Source: Gemmatimonadales bacterium (lineage in GTDB: Bacteria > Gemmatimonadota > Gemmatimonadetes > Gemmatimonadales > GWC2-71-9). Taken from it: a stretch of 64,000 nucleotides of DNA. This document shows positions 60,850 through 64,000 of this stretch, piece by piece (the stretch's first letter is position 1; the number at the start of each line of letters is the position of its first letter). The notes under the pieces were generated by a model. The model ran no database searches, was not told the DNA's origin, and saw nothing but the letters and a program-made list of their open reading frames with translations. Made by a program: the position numbers and the translations under genes. The stretch is taken from NCBI GenBank assembly GCA_039794085.1, contig JBDIWC010000017.1, positions 10,586 to 74,585 on the forward strand, given 5' to 3'.

Positions 60850-61975
60850 TCTCCTGCTCCTCGGGTGGGCCCTCCTGGCGTCGGGGTGGTCCCCTGTCCA
60901 TGCCCAGGACCCCACCCGGACCGCGGGGCAGGTGGTCCGGGTGACGGGCTCCGACACCCTCCCCGTCGCCGGAGTCCGGGTTGTCCTCCACCGCATCGGC
61001 CCGGAGCGCCAGGGACCGATCGACTCCCTCGTCACCCCGGCCTCCGGACGATTCCACTTCACCTTTCCCGCCGATACCGCCGCCCTCCACATCCTGAGCG
61101 CGCGACACAGCGGCATCGAGTATTTCTCCACGCCGATCTCCGCGCGATCGGGTGCCCCGGACACCGCGCTCCAGATCCTGGTGGCCGACACCGCCTCCGC
61201 CGCTCCCCTCGTGGTCGCGCAACGGCACCTCGTCATTCCCGTTCCCGACCGGGCGGGACGGCGGCAGGTGGTGGACCTGGTGATGCTGGCCAACCGGGGT
61301 ACCCGCACCCGCGTGGCCGGCTCTCCGGAGGGATCGGTCTGGGAGATTCCCACCCCGGGGGGCGCCCTCGACGTGCACGCCACCCCCGAGAGTGACGTGT
61401 CGCAGGACGCCCTCGACGTGCGGGAGGGAACGATCCGTGTCCTCGCCCCGATCGCCCCGGGAGAGAAACAGCTCCTGATCGAGTACGACCTCGCTCCCCG
61501 GCCGGGAGAGGTCTCCCTCCGGCTGCCCGGGCCCGTCGACACGCTCACCCTGTTGCTGGAGGAACGCGGCGTTGAGGTGTCGGGCGTGGCTCTCACCCCC
61601 GGGGACGAGGAGGCGATCGACGGGCGCACCTTCCAGCGGTGGGCCGGCTCGGTGGGACCGGACGGGGCGACCCTCACTCTCCGTTTCCGCGACGGCCTCT
61701 CCCCCCGGGCCTGGATGTTCCTCCTGGTCGGGGGGACGGTGCTGTCCTTCGCGACGCTGGCCCTGGCCCTGGTGCGGCGCCGTCGACCCGCCCCCGCTCG
61801 GGGGCCACCGCTCCGAACCGGAGAGCTGCTCGATCGCATCGCCGATCTCGACGCCCAATACGCCGGCCGGGAGGCCGCCGTGGGGCCCGAACGGTGGGCG
61901 GGGTACCAGGCCGAACGCGCCCTGCTGAAGCGGGAGATCGAGGACCGGCTTGCCGCCTCCTCCCGGCGAGCGTAA
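60830..61975 (+). CDS. Hypothetical exported membrane-anchored protein
   Basis: TTG start inferred; signal peptide ending VHA-Q, transthyretin/carboxypeptidase-regulatory-like N-domain, C-terminal TM and LLD.IADLD..Y...Y..ER..LK helix. Confidence 0.65.
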   Translation: MGASNRSLLLLGWALLASGWSPVHAQDPTRTAGQVVRVTGSDTLPVAGVRVVLHRIGPERQGPIDSLVTPASGRFHFTFPADTAALHILSARHSGIEYFSTPISARSGAPDTALQILVADTASAAPLVVAQRHLVIPVPDRAGRRQVVDLVMLANRGTRTRVAGSPEGSVWEIPTPGGALDVHATPESDVSQDALDVREGTIRVLAPIAPGEKQLLIEYDLAPRPGEVSLRLPGPVDTLTLLLEERGVEVSGVALTPGDEEAIDGRTFQRWAGSVGPDGATLTLRFRDGLSPRAWMFLLVGGTVLSFATLALALVRRRRPAPARGPPLRTGELLDRIADLDAQYAGREAAVGPERWAGYQAERALLKREIEDRLAASSRRA

Positions 61976-61986
61976 CTTGCCCGCCG

Positions 61987-62886
61987 ATGTCCGCCCGCCC
62001 CACCACGCCCGCCCTGCTGCTCCTCTCCCTGGTCGGTCTCCTTGCCTGCGAGCCCGGTCCTCGCGCCGAGCCCGGTCCCCTCACTCTCCAGGATGATTCC
62101 GGGAGACGCGTGGCGCTCCCCCGGCCGGCCCGGCGCATCGTCTCCCTCATTCCCGCCACCACCGAGTGGCTCTTCGCCATCGGGGCAGGGCCGCTCGTCG
62201 TGGGCCGAAGCAGCTGGGGCGACCATCCGGCGGAGGCACGCCGCGTTCCCGACCTGGGGAATGGCATCGACCCCTCCCTCGAGGCGATCGTGGCCACCGG
62301 CCCCGATCTCGTCGTCCTCTACCGTTCCGAGGCCAACCTGCGAGCCGCCCGGCGTCTGGACGAGCTCGGCATCCCCGTCCTCCTCCTCCAGACCGATCGT
62401 CTGGACGACATGGTCCGGCAGATCGCGCTCCTCGGCCGCGCCACGGGACGGGAGCCGGCGGCCGATTCGGTCCTCGCCGACTATACCCGCCGGTTTGAAG
62501 CGGCACGACACACGGGGGATGTGTCGGTGGACGCTCCGTCGGTCCTCCTGTTGGCCTGGGATCAGCCTCCAATCGTTCTGGGCCGGGGGAGCTTTCTGTC
62601 GGAACTCCTGGAGGCCGCGGGGGCCCGCAACACCTTTGCCGACATCGCGGCCTCCTCCGCCCCCGTGAATGTCGAGACCATCGTGGTTCGCGATCCCGAC
62701 CTGGTGCTCGTCACCTCGGAGGGTCCTCCGGCGGTCCAGGAACGAGAGGAATGGCAGGTGGTCCGAGCCATTCGCGAGGGGCGCTTTCTGCGCGTCACCG
62801 GCTCGGAGTTTGCGCGCCCCAGCCCTCGTGCCCCCGAGGCGGTCCGCCAGTTGCGGGACCGGCTCGCTGCCACCGTGCCCCGATGA
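61987..62886 (+). CDS. Cobalamin/Fe-siderophore ABC substrate-binding lipoprotein (BtuF-like)
   Basis: Lipobox LLAC; RIVSLIPATTE.LFAIG, P.LEAIVA..PDLV, RPSPR. Confidence 0.87.
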   Translation: MSARPTTPALLLLSLVGLLACEPGPRAEPGPLTLQDDSGRRVALPRPARRIVSLIPATTEWLFAIGAGPLVVGRSSWGDHPAEARRVPDLGNGIDPSLEAIVATGPDLVVLYRSEANLRAARRLDELGIPVLLLQTDRLDDMVRQIALLGRATGREPAADSVLADYTRRFEAARHTGDVSVDAPSVLLLAWDQPPIVLGRGSFLSELLEAAGARNTFADIAASSAPVNVETIVVRDPDLVLVTSEGPPAVQEREEWQVVRAIREGRFLRVTGSEFARPSPRAPEAVRQLRDRLAATVPR

Positions 62887-63865
62887 CCCGGAGTCGCGGA
62901 ATGGTGCTGATCGCCGGGCTTGCCCTCCTGGCCCTCATCCTGGGCCTGGGAATGGGTTCCACCGCGATCTCGCCCGCCGAGGCCTGGTTCGGCCTGGTGC
63001 AGGGAAGTGGGGACAGTGCCCTCATCATCCGGGGTATTCGGGCTCCCCGCGTTCTCCTGGCCTTCCTGGTGGGAGGGGGGCTCGGCCTCTCCGGGGCGGG
63101 GTTGCAGGCCGTGGTTCGCAACCCCCTGGCCGATCCCTACCTCCTCGGCCTCTCGGGGGGCGCGGGTCTCGGGGCGGTGATGGTGATGGCCTGGAGTCCC
63201 CTCTCCCCCTGGGCCGTTCCGCTCGCGGCCTTTGTCGGGGCGCTTCTCGCCATCGGCCTGGTCTATCGCCTGGCACTGGTGACTGGGCGGCGCCTCGATT
63301 CCCGGATCCTGCTCCTGGCGGGCGTGGCCGTGGGTGCCTTTGCCGCCGCCATCATGACCGCGATCCTCACCCTGAGCTCCGCCGCCGAGCTGCGGAATGC
63401 CTTCCTCTGGCTTCTGGGGGGATTCAGCGCCGCGTCGTGGCGGGCCACCGGGATCTTCGCCGCCTATGCCATCCTCCCGATCGGGATGCTCCTGGTGCGC
63501 GCCCGCACGCTCGATCTGCTGGCGCTGGGGGAGGAACCGGCGGAGTATCTTGGCGCCGACGTGGAGCGGGCCAAGCGGGAGGTCCTGGCGGCCGCCTCCC
63601 TTCTCACGGCGGCAAGCGTCGCCGTGTGCGGCATGATCGGATTCGTGGGACTGGTCGTGCCCCATCTCACCCGCCGACTGGTGGGGTCGGTCCATCGACT
63701 GCTCCTCCCCGCGGTGTTTCTCACGGGAGGAACACTGCTGGTCGTTGCGGATGTGCTGGCGCGCACGGTCGCGCGGCCGGTCGAACTGCCGGTGGGGGTG
63801 GTGACGGCTCTCGTCGGGGTGCCGGTGTTCGCGGCCCTGCTGCGCCGAAGCGGACACGGTGGGGA
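62883..63865 (+). CDS. FecCD/BtuC-family ABC permease (stop codon not readable; frame runs into poly-G)
   Basis: Manual translation from ATG 62883: IRAPRVLLA, Q...RNPLADPYLLG.SGGA, LGEE.A..LG, IGFVGLVVPH, ELPVGVVTALVGVP.F. Confidence 0.88.
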
Positions 63866-64000
63866 GGGGGGGGGGGGGGGGGGGGGGGGGGGTCGAACCC
63901 CCGGGGGGTCGGGTGGCCTGGCCCGGGATCCGGGGTCCCACCCCCCACCGGGTCGATTCCGGTCTGGCCGCCGGGGCGCCTCGTGCCCCTCGTGGGCCCC
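63866..64000 (+). other. G27 homopolymer and probably error-rich tail; may hide the start of an ABC ATPase
   Basis: G run 63866-92; last codons read GRLVPLVGP, resembling the residues before a Walker A motif. Confidence 0.45.

Overview
High-GC window that gene content and order suggest comes from a Gemmatimonadota-like Gram-negative bacterium (inference only). It has three parts. (1) 1-16.9 kb is a core block, mostly minus strand and tightly coupled: purM (partial), PfkB kinase, argS, FmdB, hydrolase, DUF983, methylmalonyl-CoA mutase, fbp, comEC, comFB, miaB, OM barrel plus lipoprotein, cdd, deoB, DUF1844, alr, then divergent mazG. (2) 16.9-47.5 kb is an accessory region: beta-propeller lipoprotein, Phd-VapC TA, PAS regulator, gene fragments, a chemoreceptor-porin operon with sigma28-like promoters, EEP nuclease/phosphatase, gluzincin-like protein, beta-helix lipoprotein, TRAP transporter, a cluster of apparently exported enzymes (HpcH aldolase, NHL/PAL-like propeller, PQQ dehydrogenase, cytochrome c, Tat FAD oxidase, RidA), M28 peptidase and furA-katG. 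(3) 47.5-64 kb is a plus-strand core block: riboflavin operon interrupted by an Xre-RES TA pair, nusB, GT4, hprK, mannose-family PTS, metK, DUF151 and BtuF/BtuC-like ABC genes ending in a poly-G, probably error-rich tail. Most notable: the accessory region is bracketed by exactly complementary heptamer arrays (AGTAGGG at mazG, CCCTACT at ribD) with more arrays and palindromic elements at internal junctions and no recombinase; a candidate periplasmic oxidative deamination/keto-acid capture pathway; and a ~217-bp dispersed element present twice in inverted orientation, one copy carrying a nested insert. No tRNA, rRNA, CRISPR array or transposase was recognised.
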